The position numbers and the translations under genes are program-made. The notes under the pieces are model-generated. The model saw only the letters and a list, made by a program, of their open reading frames with translations. It was not told the origin of the DNA and searched no databases. This document shows, one piece after another, positions 38,822 to 48,978 of a stretch of DNA of 64,000 nt (position 1 is the stretch's first letter; the number at the start of each line of letters is the position of its first letter). Location of the stretch: positions 12,555 to 76,554 of IMG/VR virus record IMGVR_UViG_3300035365_000057. One strand, given 5' to 3'. The stretch comes from a virus. Taxonomy: Duplodnaviria > Caudoviricetes.

Positions 38822-40678
38822 ATGATAATTCGTAATAAACCATGTATTGTCTATGATATTGAGGTGTTTATTAATGTATTTCATTGTACTCTATATAATA
38901 CTGAAACACAAGAACTAATTAAGTTTGAATGTTCTCAGCGTAAAAATGAAATTCATGAAATGTGTCAGTTCTTTTTATATACTGATGCATATTTTGTTGG
39001 TTATAACAATATTCATTATGATAATCCAATAATCAACTATTGTATTGAGTATTTTAATAATGATAACTATACTCACAATCGAATTTGTGAATCTATTTTT
39101 AACATGTCAAATATTATTACATCAAACGATGATAATAATTTTGATAAATGGAAAAGATGGAAATACGCAAAAAATTTCTTGACATTAGACTTACTTACAA
39201 TGCTGTATAGTAAGCAGTTACGAGTTTCTTTAAAAGAAATGCAAGTAACCATGATGTATAAAAATGTACAAGAATTTAATATCGATTGGAGAGAACCGTT
39301 ATTATTAACTCAAATAGATGAAATGATTCAGTATAATATAAATGATGTAATGTCTACTACTGAATTATTGAATCGCTGCAAGAAAGATATTGAATTACGT
39401 ATAAGTATTGAAAACCAATATAATATTGATTGTTTATCAAAAGATGGTGTTAATATCGGTATGCAAATATTAGCAGAAGAATATATGCGTAAAACAGGAA
39501 TTCCTTGGAATATACTAAAGAATTTACGTAGTCCTGCAGATAAAATTGCATTAAAAGATATTATACTACCATTTATTCACTATCAAACACCAATACTACA
39601 AGAATTACTTACTGAAATGAAATCATTAACAGTAAGTCCAGGTAGAAAAGGGTATGAAAAACAATTCGTAATGGATGGTACAACATATTCAGTTGGTGTT
39701 GGCGGTATTCATAGTATAAACAAGCCAGAAATAATAATACCAAAAAATGATGAATTACTAATTGATTGTGATGTTGCATCACTATATCCAAGTATGCTAT
39801 TAAACTTTAATTTCTATCCAAAACATTTAGGAAAAGAATTCAAAGAAGTATATTCAGATATACGAGATAGAAGAATTAAAGCAAAACACGAAGGAAATAA
39901 AATTGTAAATGAAACGTTAAAATTAAGTCTAAATGGACTTAGTGGAAATTTACAAAATGAATTTTCTTGGTGTTACGATCCTAATGCAGTAATGTCTATT
40001 AGAATAAATGGACAATTATTATTATTGATGTTAGCAGAAGAATTAACAATTCACGGATGTCGTATAGTTCAAATCAATACAGATGGTATTTTATACTTAT
40101 GTAAGAAAAACAAATACGATATTATAAAAGCAATATACAATAAATGGCAAGAATTAACTGGATTAGTATTAGAAGAAGAAAACTTCAAAGCTTTTTATCA
40201 ATTAGCAATTAATGATTATTTTGGTATACTTGACAACGGTCAAGTAAAAGAAAAAGGATGTTTTATTACTTCTGTTAAACTTGGTAAAGGTCTTACTCCA
40301 AAGATTATACCGAAAGCAGTAATAGCATACTTTAAAGATAGAATCCCAATTGAAAATACAATTAAAAACTGTACCGATATTAAGGATTTCTTAATGTCTG
40401 AAAAGACAGGCAAACAATGGCATGTTGAATATTTAGAAAAGGAACAACAGCGTATTAATCGTTTCTATGCGTCTACTAATGGTGGATATCTATGGAAATG
40501 GAAAGATAATAACGGAGAGAAAGCATACCAAAATATGCTTACTGCATCTGGTGTTACTTTACTAAATAAATTTGATGATAAACCAATCAATGAACGTAAG
40601 ATTAATTACCGGTATTATATAACAGAAGCCGCTAAGATAATCGACGAATTAACTACTAAACAATTGAGTCTGTGGTAA
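38822..40678 (+). CDS. Family B DNA polymerase with 3'-5' exonuclease
   Basis: Exo YDIE, GYNNIHYD, YNINDV; polymerase DCDVASLYPSM, KLSLNGLSG, QINTDG. Confidence 0.92.
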   Translation: MIIRNKPCIVYDIEVFINVFHCTLYNTETQELIKFECSQRKNEIHEMCQFFLYTDAYFVGYNNIHYDNPIINYCIEYFNNDNYTHNRICESIFNMSNIITSNDDNNFDKWKRWKYAKNFLTLDLLTMLYSKQLRVSLKEMQVTMMYKNVQEFNIDWREPLLLTQIDEMIQYNINDVMSTTELLNRCKKDIELRISIENQYNIDCLSKDGVNIGMQILAEEYMRKTGIPWNILKNLRSPADKIALKDIILPFIHYQTPILQELLTEMKSLTVSPGRKGYEKQFVMDGTTYSVGVGGIHSINKPEIIIPKNDELLIDCDVASLYPSMLLNFNFYPKHLGKEFKEVYSDIRDRRIKAKHEGNKIVNETLKLSLNGLSGNLQNEFSWCYDPNAVMSIRINGQLLLLMLAEELTIHGCRIVQINTDGILYLCKKNKYDIIKAIYNKWQELTGLVLEEENFKAFYQLAINDYFGILDNGQVKEKGCFITSVKLGKGLTPKIIPKAVIAYFKDRIPIENTIKNCTDIKDFLMSEKTGKQWHVEYLEKEQQRINRFYASTNGGYLWKWKDNNGEKAYQNMLTASGVTLLNKFDDKPINERKINYRYYITEAAKIIDELTTKQLSLW

Positions 40679-40737
40679 TACCAAAAGACTATCAGATATA
40701 TTTCAAAACCATAAACTCTGTAAAAATATAGAGAATT

Positions 40738-41307
40738 ATGATTTTAGAAATAGACACTTCTATCTTAGATAGAATTCCAAACTTGTCTATTAATCAATTA
40801 GTATTCCTAACTCTTGTATTGAGTGATATCAAAACAATCAATCAAGACATTCAAAAACTTCTCAGCCTGGTTAATGAAGAAGAAATACATGAGTTAGAAC
40901 TTCAAGGTTTAATACTAATCAAATTAGATGAATCAGGTAACCAAGTCATTAGTAAAACAGAAAAACTAAACGAACTTCTAAAAGAAGATAAGTCCATGTT
41001 TGATGAATTCTATGACCTATTTCCAGTTTATGTTACTAGACCTGACGGAACTAAAGGTTTCCTTAGGAGTAATATAAACAAATGTAGAAAAGAGTATAAC
41101 CGTATCATTGGTAAATCTAAAGCAATGCATGAACATATCATGGCTTGTTTAAGATATGAAATCGATGATAAAATGCAAACAGGCAAATTAGGTTATATGA
41201 AAACTATGTGGAAATGGCTCACTCAACACGAGTGGGAAACCGTTGAAGAACAAATGAAATTAGAAGAACCTGTAAATAGTTATAGCTATGGAACAGAATT
41301 ATTCTAA
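40738..41307 (+). CDS. Putative replication initiator/helicase-loader protein
   Basis: FDEFYDLFP...KTMWKWL; lies between polymerase and helicase. Confidence 0.5.
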   Translation: MILEIDTSILDRIPNLSINQLVFLTLVLSDIKTINQDIQKLLSLVNEEEIHELELQGLILIKLDESGNQVISKTEKLNELLKEDKSMFDEFYDLFPVYVTRPDGTKGFLRSNINKCRKEYNRIIGKSKAMHEHIMACLRYEIDDKMQTGKLGYMKTMWKWLTQHEWETVEEQMKLEEPVNSYSYGTELF

Positions 41308-42268
41308 TACGCTAACTTTCCAACATATTTCAACAGCAACTAAAGAAGCGGTTGAATATATTCGCAAAAGAAAGAATCACGAAATTCAATCTCTTGCAAC
41401 ACGATGGAATAAGTTCAATAAACACTGTATGGGTGGAATTGAACCGAATACGATATATACTATAGTAGGTATATCAGGTAGTGGAAAATCTTCATTTGTG
41501 AATACGCTCGAAAATGATTTAATAGATTTAAATCCAGATCAGGAAATAATAGTATTGAATTTTAGCTTTGAAATGCTTAGTTCAAGAAATGTTGGTCGTA
41601 AATTGAGTAGTAAGTTAAGGCAAACTACTTCTCAGCTTTATAGTTCTACAGAAGAATTATCAGATGAATTATTAAATGAGGTAGAAGAGACAGCAAATGA
41701 AATAAAGGAGTATCCGATATATTATATCGATACTCCAGGAACTGTATCTCAAATATCTGAAACTATCGATTACTTTTATGAACAAAAAGTAAAAGATACA
41801 AATAAAAAGTTTATAATCATCTTAGACCATACTTTATTAGTAGAAGGTCAAAGCTCGACATTACAAACAATATCCGATTTACAGAAACTGTTTATTAAGG
41901 TGAAAAAATACCCGAATACTACTATAATTCAGTTATCACAGATGAATCGTAATATTGAGTCTCCTGAAAGGATTAACAATCCGTCTATGCATTATCCAAT
42001 GCGTAGTGATATTTCCTCAGCGGATACTATATTTCACGCGTCAGATTACGTTATTTGTATTCATCGTCCAGAATTACTAAATATTGGAGCGTATGGACCG
42101 AATCGTTTACTGGTGAAAAACAAAGTCTATTTGCATATCTTAAAAAATAGAGATGCAGGAGAATGTGTGATATTAGAATTCGAAAACGATTTAAAATACA
42201 ATAATTTAATTGAAACAGTACGAAATGAAGAATCTGCAAAGAAAATTTCATTTAGTAATAACAATTAA
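41288..42268 (+). CDS. DnaB-like replicative helicase
   Basis: Walker A GISGSGKSS, IILDH, IIQLSQMNR, LHILKNRDA. Confidence 0.88.
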   Translation: MEQNYSNTLTFQHISTATKEAVEYIRKRKNHEIQSLATRWNKFNKHCMGGIEPNTIYTIVGISGSGKSSFVNTLENDLIDLNPDQEIIVLNFSFEMLSSRNVGRKLSSKLRQTTSQLYSSTEELSDELLNEVEETANEIKEYPIYYIDTPGTVSQISETIDYFYEQKVKDTNKKFIIILDHTLLVEGQSSTLQTISDLQKLFIKVKKYPNTTIIQLSQMNRNIESPERINNPSMHYPMRSDISSADTIFHASDYVICIHRPELLNIGAYGPNRLLVKNKVYLHILKNRDAGECVILEFENDLKYNNLIETVRNEESAKKISFSNNN

Positions 42269-42282
42269 AAGGCTGAAAAATT

Positions 42283-42825
42283 ATGAAAACATATACTTTT
42301 ACATTACCGAAGAATAACAATAGTGCTAAGATTTATAAAGAAAAGTTGATGGACCGTATTATAACTGCTTATCCTTGGATGACAGTTGAAAGTAAGTGTG
42401 ATTATCCGTATAGCAATGACGGTATCGAATATGCCAGCGCAGGTGATATGATTACGCTTGGTGTAAGTAAGACGCATAATGTATCTTGGTTACCTAAGGA
42501 AATCTATACCAATAAGACTGCAGAAGAACTTGCTAAAGAATTGTTCGGTTTTGATCCGTACAATAATATCAACTTTGATTTAGAAACAGAGTTCTATAAA
42601 GCTATTAACGCATTAAACGTATACGCAAACGAACATTATCCTTTCGAAAAGGATTACGATTACGTAGACGAATTCGGTACTCCGATTAAAATCTTTGATA
42701 ACTTTATCCAGATTGGTTATGAGATTATTCCTATCGCAGCAGGTTCTCTTAATCATCTGAAACCTAAAACTAAGAAAACTATCATTGACATTACGATTAA
42801 GATTAAGAATCGTGGTCTTTATTAA
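42283..42825 (+). CDS. Hypothetical protein
   Basis: 180-aa ORF. Confidence 0.7.
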   Translation: MKTYTFTLPKNNNSAKIYKEKLMDRIITAYPWMTVESKCDYPYSNDGIEYASAGDMITLGVSKTHNVSWLPKEIYTNKTAEELAKELFGFDPYNNINFDLETEFYKAINALNVYANEHYPFEKDYDYVDEFGTPIKIFDNFIQIGYEIIPIAAGSLNHLKPKTKKTIIDITIKIKNRGLY

Positions 42826-42888
42826 TAACAATTCCGTACTATCAGAAACTATCAGAAATTATCAGGGAATACAAAAATATAAGCTTTT

Positions 42889-43629
42889 ATGATTGTATTA
42901 CCTAAAGAAAAACAAAAGGCTAAAGTTGCCAATCCAAAACTCTTAATATTATTTGGTAGACCAAAAGCAGGTAAAAGTACACTTGCTGCAGCCATTGATA
43001 ATAATCTCATCATTGACTTAGAAAATGGTTATCAAGCTCTATCAGCTTTAGTAGTACAAGCTAGGTCTGTTAAAGACTTCGGTGAAATAGCTACAGCTAT
43101 TAAAGAAGAGATTAAGCGTAACGGTAAATTCCCTTATAAGTATATAACAATAGATAATGCAACTCGCCTTGAGGAAATGTGTCTTTCGTATGCCATTCAG
43201 TTGTACAAAGCCACACCTCAAGGTAAAAATTACCAAGGAACAGATATTCGTACTCTCCCAAATGGAAGCGGATATATGTGGCTTAGAATGGCAGTTAAAA
43301 AAGTAATAGACTTGTTCAGAGATCTATGTGAAACGCTTATAATTATCGCTCACGTTAAAGATAGACAAATAACCGTAGATGGTCAAGAAATGTCAGAAAT
43401 GACAATTGATTTGACAGGTAAATTAGGAGATATAATTTGTGGAGAAGCAGATGCAATTGGTTACGTATATCGAAAGAAAAACGAAACTATTGTATCATTC
43501 GAAGGTGGTGAAAATACCATCAGAGAAGCTAGAGCAGAACATTTACGAGGAAAGAAGATTGTAGTAGCTACTAGTGATGAAAATAACAATATTACGGTAG
43601 ATATGACAAAAATATTTCTCCCAGAATAA
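42889..43629 (+). CDS. Sak4-like AAA ATPase/recombinase
   Basis: LFGRPKAGKST, LIIDLENG, ITIDNAT, IIIAH; adjacent to SSB. Confidence 0.75.
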   Translation: MIVLPKEKQKAKVANPKLLILFGRPKAGKSTLAAAIDNNLIIDLENGYQALSALVVQARSVKDFGEIATAIKEEIKRNGKFPYKYITIDNATRLEEMCLSYAIQLYKATPQGKNYQGTDIRTLPNGSGYMWLRMAVKKVIDLFRDLCETLIIIAHVKDRQITVDGQEMSEMTIDLTGKLGDIICGEADAIGYVYRKKNETIVSFEGGENTIREARAEHLRGKKIVVATSDENNNITVDMTKIFLPE

Positions 43630-43668
43630 CTTTAACAGAATTTTAAATCAGTTTAAAGAAAAGATATT

Positions 43669-44271
43669 ATGATATACAGTACAGAATTAGCAAACAAGAT
43701 TGAAACTATCGATAACAGTAATAAATATCTTGAAGCAGGTATTCATGAAAACGTATCTTTAGTAAGTGCAAGAACAGAAAAATCTATTAACGGTAATACG
43801 TTCTTAGAAATTAAGTTCGAAAAGGATGGTAAATCATTAGTTCATACTGAATGGGAATCTAACAAATTTCCTGAAATGACTGAAGAAGCATACCAGGAGA
43901 GAGTATCTCGTCAGGTTAAGCGTGTACTTCAGATTTTGAGCTGTTTCTATCCTAAAGAAGCACTTGTGTTTGCAGGAGCAACTTATAAAGAATTTGCAGA
44001 GTGGGCTGCGAATCTATTAAATGCTGCAGATAAGACGAAATTAGTAAGAGTAAAGATTGTATATAACAATAAGGGATATACTACTTTGCCTAGCTATTGT
44101 AAGTTTACTTTCATTGAACCTATGGAATTACCAGAAGGTGAAAAGAGTAAGATTACAATTCTGAATATCGATCAGATAACTCGTCCTGTTGTAGCAGATA
44201 ACGAAGCAAAAGAAACAAATCCTTTGGAAGGAACTACAGAAACATCAACTAACGATGATCTGCCTTTCTAA
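43669..44271 (+). CDS. Single-stranded DNA-binding protein
   Basis: Acidic tail ending NDDLPF; follows the Sak4-like gene. Confidence 0.7.
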   Translation: MIYSTELANKIETIDNSNKYLEAGIHENVSLVSARTEKSINGNTFLEIKFEKDGKSLVHTEWESNKFPEMTEEAYQERVSRQVKRVLQILSCFYPKEALVFAGATYKEFAEWAANLLNAADKTKLVRVKIVYNNKGYTTLPSYCKFTFIEPMELPEGEKSKITILNIDQITRPVVADNEAKETNPLEGTTETSTNDDLPF

Positions 44272-44438
44272 AGATTAAAACAAAATAAGCCGCCTACGCT
44301 AGGCATATATAGCGACACGAGGATTAGTATACCACACTATGAAACTATCTAAGATAAGTCAGAATAAGTGATTACAAAATAGTATACAATCCTCGTTTTT
44401 TAGAAAAAAAATAATATCAAAAACGATTGTTTATAGTC

Positions 44439-44514
44439 TGTGGTTTAGCTCAGTGGTAGAGCGACAGTTCTTAGTAAGCTGTAGGTCGTAGGTTCGAATC
44501 CGGTACAACCACGG
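44439..44514 (+). tRNA. Atypical tRNA (6-bp anticodon stem, loop CTTAGTA; 2-nt bulge in T stem)
   Basis: TGTGGTT/AACCACG acceptor, GCTC/GAGC D stem, ACAGTT/AGCTGT, GTAGG-TTCGAAT-CC(GG)TAC. Confidence 0.7.
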
Positions 44515-44563
44515 GTCAACGTTGGAGTTGCTATAAAAGGTAGTTTTGATATTTTTAAAAAAA

Positions 44564-45074
44564 GGACTTTTAGCTCAGTCGGTCAGAGCATTTAGATTAA
44601 AAAAATATGCAAAAAATGAAAAAATACGATATAGAAAACGTAATAGATTTACGCGATAATTAGAACTTAACTTGGAAACAAATTGGAAATCTTTTAAAAA
44701 TCTCTCCAGAAACATTACGAAAAGCATATAAAAGAATAAAAGAAGAAAAGACTTCGCATTAGATAAATCCGAATTCTTATATTTTTCAAAAGAAAAGAGG
44801 TTTGGAAAGAAAAAAACAATTTGTAAAAGATTTAGGTGGAAAATGTCAAATATGCGGTTATAATAAAAATATAGCAGCGTTAGAATTTCATCACATACAA
44901 CCAAGTACAAAAAAATTCCAATTAGATGTAAGACACTTATCAAATACAAATATACAAACATTAAAAGAAGAAATAGAAAAATGTATATTAGTGTGTGCTA
45001 ATTGTCATAGAGAAATTCATTATGCTGCATAACTCATAATCTGAAGGTCGTAGGTTCAAGCCCTACAAGGTCCA
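44564..45074 (+). tRNA. tRNA-Met(CAU) interrupted in the anticodon arm by a 436-nt insertion
   Basis: 5' half 44564-44596 GGACTTT-TA-GCTC..GAGC-AT-TTAGA; 3' half 45033-45074 CT-CAT-AA-TCTGA-AGGTC-GTAGG-TTCAAGC-CCTAC-AAGGTCC-A. Confidence 0.9.
44607..45032 (+). CDS. HNH endonuclease with N-terminal HTH inside tRNA-Met (141 aa, two TAG read-throughs)
   Basis: MQKMKKYDIENVIDLRDN(TAG)NLTWKQIGNLLKISPETLRKAY...SH(TAG)...GGKCQICG...LEFHH...CANCHREIHYAA. Confidence 0.88.
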
Positions 45075-45093
45075 CAATTAAACCATATATCAT

Positions 45094-46065
45094 ATGCTAT
45101 ACGATACAACTAAAATACAAGAAGAACAGCAAGTTACGTTAGAATGGATACTTTCTAAAGTAACTGAATATGATATATACTCAGCGTATATTGGTAATTT
45201 TAAAGTAGGAATGATCTATAACAGTCCTTTTAGACAGGATAAAAATCCTTCATTTGGCTGTTATTACAGTAGAACGACGAAACAACTAATGTTTAAAGAT
45301 CATGGTACAGGTGATTGCGGTAATGTAATTAAATTCGTCTCATTACTTACCGGTTTAACTAATTATTCAGATATACTCAATAATATAGTTAATAAGCTTA
45401 AAATTACTAATAATACGCAACTCGTTAGCTCTAAGCAATACATATCGTCCAAAGAGACAGTAATTGGTGTTGTCCGACAAGACTTTACTCTAACTGACAC
45501 CAATTACTGGTCTCAGTTCAATATATCATTAGATACATTGAAAAAATTTGGAGTAAGTAGTATTAAATATTATTTATGTGACGGTATTGTTAAGGGTATT
45601 TACAAGGATACAAATCCTATGTACGCATATAAGGTCTACAATCATTTTAAAATATATCGACCTTTAGCAGATAAATATACGAAATGGCGTAATAACCTGA
45701 CAGAAAATGATATTCAGGGGTTTAAACAGTTACCTAAAACTGGAGATATACTCATTATTACAAAGAGTATGAAAGACGTCATGTGTTTATACGAAATGGG
45801 TATACCAGCAATAAGCCCATCATCAGAAAGTACGTTTATTCCAGATAAGGCTTTAGAACAGCTTAAAAAACGTTTTAAACGCATTATAATACTTTTTGAT
45901 AGAGATAAAGCTGGTGTTAAATATCTTCGCAAAATAAGCGTTAAAACAGGCTTAGAAGGATTTCTTTTAAATAAGAAATTTAAAGCAAAAGATGTATCGG
46001 ATGCTATTAAAGCTAATGGATTTGAAAAAATTAAAAGTTGGATTTATAAAGAGTTAAAACTATGA
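45094..46065 (+). CDS. DNA primase (Toprim)
   Basis: SPFRQDKNPSF...FKDHGTG zinc-finger-like region; ITKSMKDVM; ILFDRDKAG Toprim DxD. Confidence 0.88.
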   Translation: MLYDTTKIQEEQQVTLEWILSKVTEYDIYSAYIGNFKVGMIYNSPFRQDKNPSFGCYYSRTTKQLMFKDHGTGDCGNVIKFVSLLTGLTNYSDILNNIVNKLKITNNTQLVSSKQYISSKETVIGVVRQDFTLTDTNYWSQFNISLDTLKKFGVSSIKYYLCDGIVKGIYKDTNPMYAYKVYNHFKIYRPLADKYTKWRNNLTENDIQGFKQLPKTGDILIITKSMKDVMCLYEMGIPAISPSSESTFIPDKALEQLKKRFKRIIILFDRDKAGVKYLRKISVKTGLEGFLLNKKFKAKDVSDAIKANGFEKIKSWIYKELKL

Positions 46066-46286
46066 ATACAGTAAATAAAATATTCAATGGAATTCGTAAA
46101 ATAATTGCTTTTCCTTTTAAAGCAATTGGTATTATTACTATTGTACTTGGTACACTGATTCTATTAGGTGGATTTAGTATTTATGGTAATATTGATAATG
46201 TGAAAAAATCAATAGCAGATCTAAAAATTGAATTAGAAAATACCAAAAATGAGATAGAAAAAGCAAAGAAAGAAGAAAAAGAGTGA
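46062..46286 (+). CDS. Small membrane/coiled-coil protein
   Basis: 74 aa, hydrophobic segment then heptads. Confidence 0.6.
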   Translation: MNTVNKIFNGIRKIIAFPFKAIGIITIVLGTLILLGGFSIYGNIDNVKKSIADLKIELENTKNEIEKAKKEEKE

Positions 46287-46650
46287 AGGTCTTGTTAAGA
46301 ACGCCACTCCTAACGAATTCGATGGAATAAAATTTCGTAGTAAACTTGAAACATATACATATAAAAAGCTGAAAGAAGCAAAAATAGATGCTGAATATGA
46401 AAAGCATAAATTTGAGCTACTTCCAGCTTTTAATTTTCATGGTGAAAAAGTAAGAGCAATTACATATTTACCAGATTTTGTCGGAAAAAACTTTATAATT
46501 GAATGTAAAGGATTTCCGAATGATGCCTTTCCTTTAAAGGAAAAACTATTCAAACATCTGCTCGTGGATATACTCCCAGATAGTATGTATTATGTAGTAC
46601 ATACTCAAAAACAAGTCGATAAATTAATTAACGAATTGAAAAATCTATGA
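46249..46650 (+). CDS. T7 endonuclease I-like PD-(D/E)xK nuclease/resolvase (133 aa); codon 3 is TAG; missing from ORF track
   Basis: ATG-AGA-TAG-AAA...DGIKFRSKLE...TYLPDF...IIECKGF; TGA overlaps next ATG at 46647. Confidence 0.82.
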
Positions 46651-47501
46651 GCAATTTTATTATTAACGGAGAACGTATTGTAACTAAACCAGAAGGTCAA
46701 GATTATGATTTAATGCCGGGCAAAGTATACGATTTACTATTCGATAATTATGAAATGTATTCATATTTAAAAGAAAATGGTAACTTAAATATGCCTAAAA
46801 AGATATATGAAATTGAAGAAGATATTAAATTCATGGATAGAGTATTATTATTCCACAATTCGGAATACAATAACGGTAATACTGGTGTGTTACTTGCTGG
46901 AGATAAAGGAACCGGAAAATCCATGCTAGCAAAAAGAATTGCTTTAAAAAGTAATTTACCAATTATAATTGTAGATTCTTCATATCCTTTATGGCAAATT
47001 ACTAAATTCTTTAAGAAAGTAAAGACAGAAACATGCATTATCTTCGATGAAATTGAAAAAAATCCAAGAACATGGCCATCTGAAGATCTATTAACATTTT
47101 TGGACGGTATACAAGAAACCGGTAAGAAAATCGTAATTATGACATGCAATAAAACAGAAGGCTTAGATGAAAATCTGTTCGATCGTTGTTCTCGAATACG
47201 TTATTATCGCAAGTATAAAGCAAACGCTAATGAAATATTTATTAAAGAAATGATTGAAGATAAAGGTTTAACACCCAATCAACCTTTAATAGATTTTATT
47301 AAACGTTTCACAGTAAAATCATTCGATAATATCAATTCATTCTTAGATGAATATAAATTATATTTAGAAACTACTGATACTAACTTTATGTTAGAAAATG
47401 TAGCAAATATAATGAATATTTCATTAGAAGATGAGTTAGAAAAGAATGATTCAAAAGATAATATTGAAAATGATCTTATTCTTAACGATATTGACGTATA
47501 A
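46647..47501 (+). CDS. AAA+ ATPase
   Basis: GDKGTGKS Walker A, IIFDEIEK Walker B, MTCN, DRCSRIRY. Confidence 0.85.
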   Translation: MSNFIINGERIVTKPEGQDYDLMPGKVYDLLFDNYEMYSYLKENGNLNMPKKIYEIEEDIKFMDRVLLFHNSEYNNGNTGVLLAGDKGTGKSMLAKRIALKSNLPIIIVDSSYPLWQITKFFKKVKTETCIIFDEIEKNPRTWPSEDLLTFLDGIQETGKKIVIMTCNKTEGLDENLFDRCSRIRYYRKYKANANEIFIKEMIEDKGLTPNQPLIDFIKRFTVKSFDNINSFLDEYKLYLETTDTNFMLENVANIMNISLEDELEKNDSKDNIENDLILNDIDV

Positions 47502-47518
47502 ACTTACTTTGTGTATCT

Positions 47519-48496
47519 ATGACGATAACTAAACCGTATTACGAAGACATGGACCGTATCAGTAACTCTGGTATTGGTTGGTTCCTTAAAAAAGGACCTC
47601 AGTACTATCATGATATGGTTACAGGTAAAGAAGAAGGATTAAAACTTCCTCAGCTTGAAAAAGGTACGATGATACACGAATACTTATTACAATCAGAAGA
47701 ATTCTGGAAAGATTATGTTGTTCTTGATTATGAAGTACCTAAAGTAAAACAACAAAAAGATTTCTGTGAGGCATATGTAGCTTCATTAGAACTTACAGAA
47801 GATGACAAAAGACTAAAAGCATATCGTAGCGCATATAACAATACGAAAAGCGATGCAATAGCCTTAAAAGAAGCTACAGAGTTAGTCAATAAATATCCAA
47901 ATTATATTGATTATCTCAGTCAAATTGACAATAAAAAAGTAATATCATTTGCTGATTTAAATATGCTCAAAAAGATTAAAGAGAATATTGATAATCATAA
48001 GAAAGCAAAAGAATTATTATCCGATATATCCGGTTGTGAAAATCATAATGAATTTCACATAAACTGGGAAATAAAAATAAAAGGTTGGTTGGCACCTTGT
48101 AAATCATTATTAGATAGAGTCATATTTGATCATATAAATCATAAGATTATACTAATAGATTTAAAAACAACCAGTGATGTTTATAATTTCAAACATTCTG
48201 TAGAAGAATTTGGATATTATAGACAAATTACGTATTATCTAATGGCAATTACATGGTATATGAAAGACTGTGATATTGATATTAGTGAGTACGATTTGGA
48301 AGCTTACATTATAGCCATTCAAACAAATGGTAATAATGAAGTAAGAGTATTTGATATGTATAACGATGAGGAGTTACTCAGCAGTAAAGACATTATCTTA
48401 GATGCATTATCAGAACTTTCATACCATTATCAGACTAATAATTGGGAACATACTCGTAATTATTATGAAGGCAATGGTGTTGAAAAACTTGAATGA
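47519..48496 (+). CDS. PD-(D/E)xK exonuclease (RecE/DUF3799-like)
   Basis: ISNSGI, GTMIHEYLL, CKSLLDR, LIDLKTT, YYRQITYY. Confidence 0.82.
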   Translation: MTITKPYYEDMDRISNSGIGWFLKKGPQYYHDMVTGKEEGLKLPQLEKGTMIHEYLLQSEEFWKDYVVLDYEVPKVKQQKDFCEAYVASLELTEDDKRLKAYRSAYNNTKSDAIALKEATELVNKYPNYIDYLSQIDNKKVISFADLNMLKKIKENIDNHKKAKELLSDISGCENHNEFHINWEIKIKGWLAPCKSLLDRVIFDHINHKIILIDLKTTSDVYNFKHSVEEFGYYRQITYYLMAITWYMKDCDIDISEYDLEAYIIAIQTNGNNEVRVFDMYNDEELLSSKDIILDALSELSYHYQTNNWEHTRNYYEGNGVEKLE

Positions 48497-48974
48497 CGTT
48501 AGTATCTTTATTGCTCCACTATTAGACGATAAAATTACAATAAATGATTTGACAACTGAAAGTGGATTTATTAATGCTTATACTTCTGATATAAATAGAC
48601 CGTATCTAGAAAATAAAGTATTTTTGTTATATGATAGCCAAGTAAATACAAAAGAATCTTTAGAACGATTTTGTAAATTCGATAAACTTGATACTATTCA
48701 TAACACAAAATATATTACAATAAATAAGCATCATTATACAGTATATTGTTTTAACAATCCTATTTACAATAATGAAATTAATAATCTTAAATCTTTTGGT
48801 AAAACAAATAATCTTAATGCTAATTTTAGAATATACAATTTTTGGAAAGACGTGCCAATTCCAAGATTGAATGAAAGATTATTTTTTCCGAATTGCGGTT
48901 TTGGTGAGACCGTAGAAGCTGAATTACCAGAAGAAGATTATTATGATTATCTAGATAAATTTATTTCTAGATAA
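48474..48974 (+). CDS. Hypothetical protein
   Basis: ATG 48474 MVLKNLNDVSIF..., in frame with track ORF. Confidence 0.65.
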   Translation: MVLKNLNDVSIFIAPLLDDKITINDLTTESGFINAYTSDINRPYLENKVFLLYDSQVNTKESLERFCKFDKLDTIHNTKYITINKHHYTVYCFNNPIYNNEINNLKSFGKTNNLNANFRIYNFWKDVPIPRLNERLFFPNCGFGETVEAELPEEDYYDYLDKFISR

Positions 48975-48978
48975 GAAA

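Noticed and set aside
44597-45032. Group I intron in tRNA-Met
   Set aside because: The insert is fully occupied by the ORF, lacks P3-P9 elements and does not end in G in either junction register
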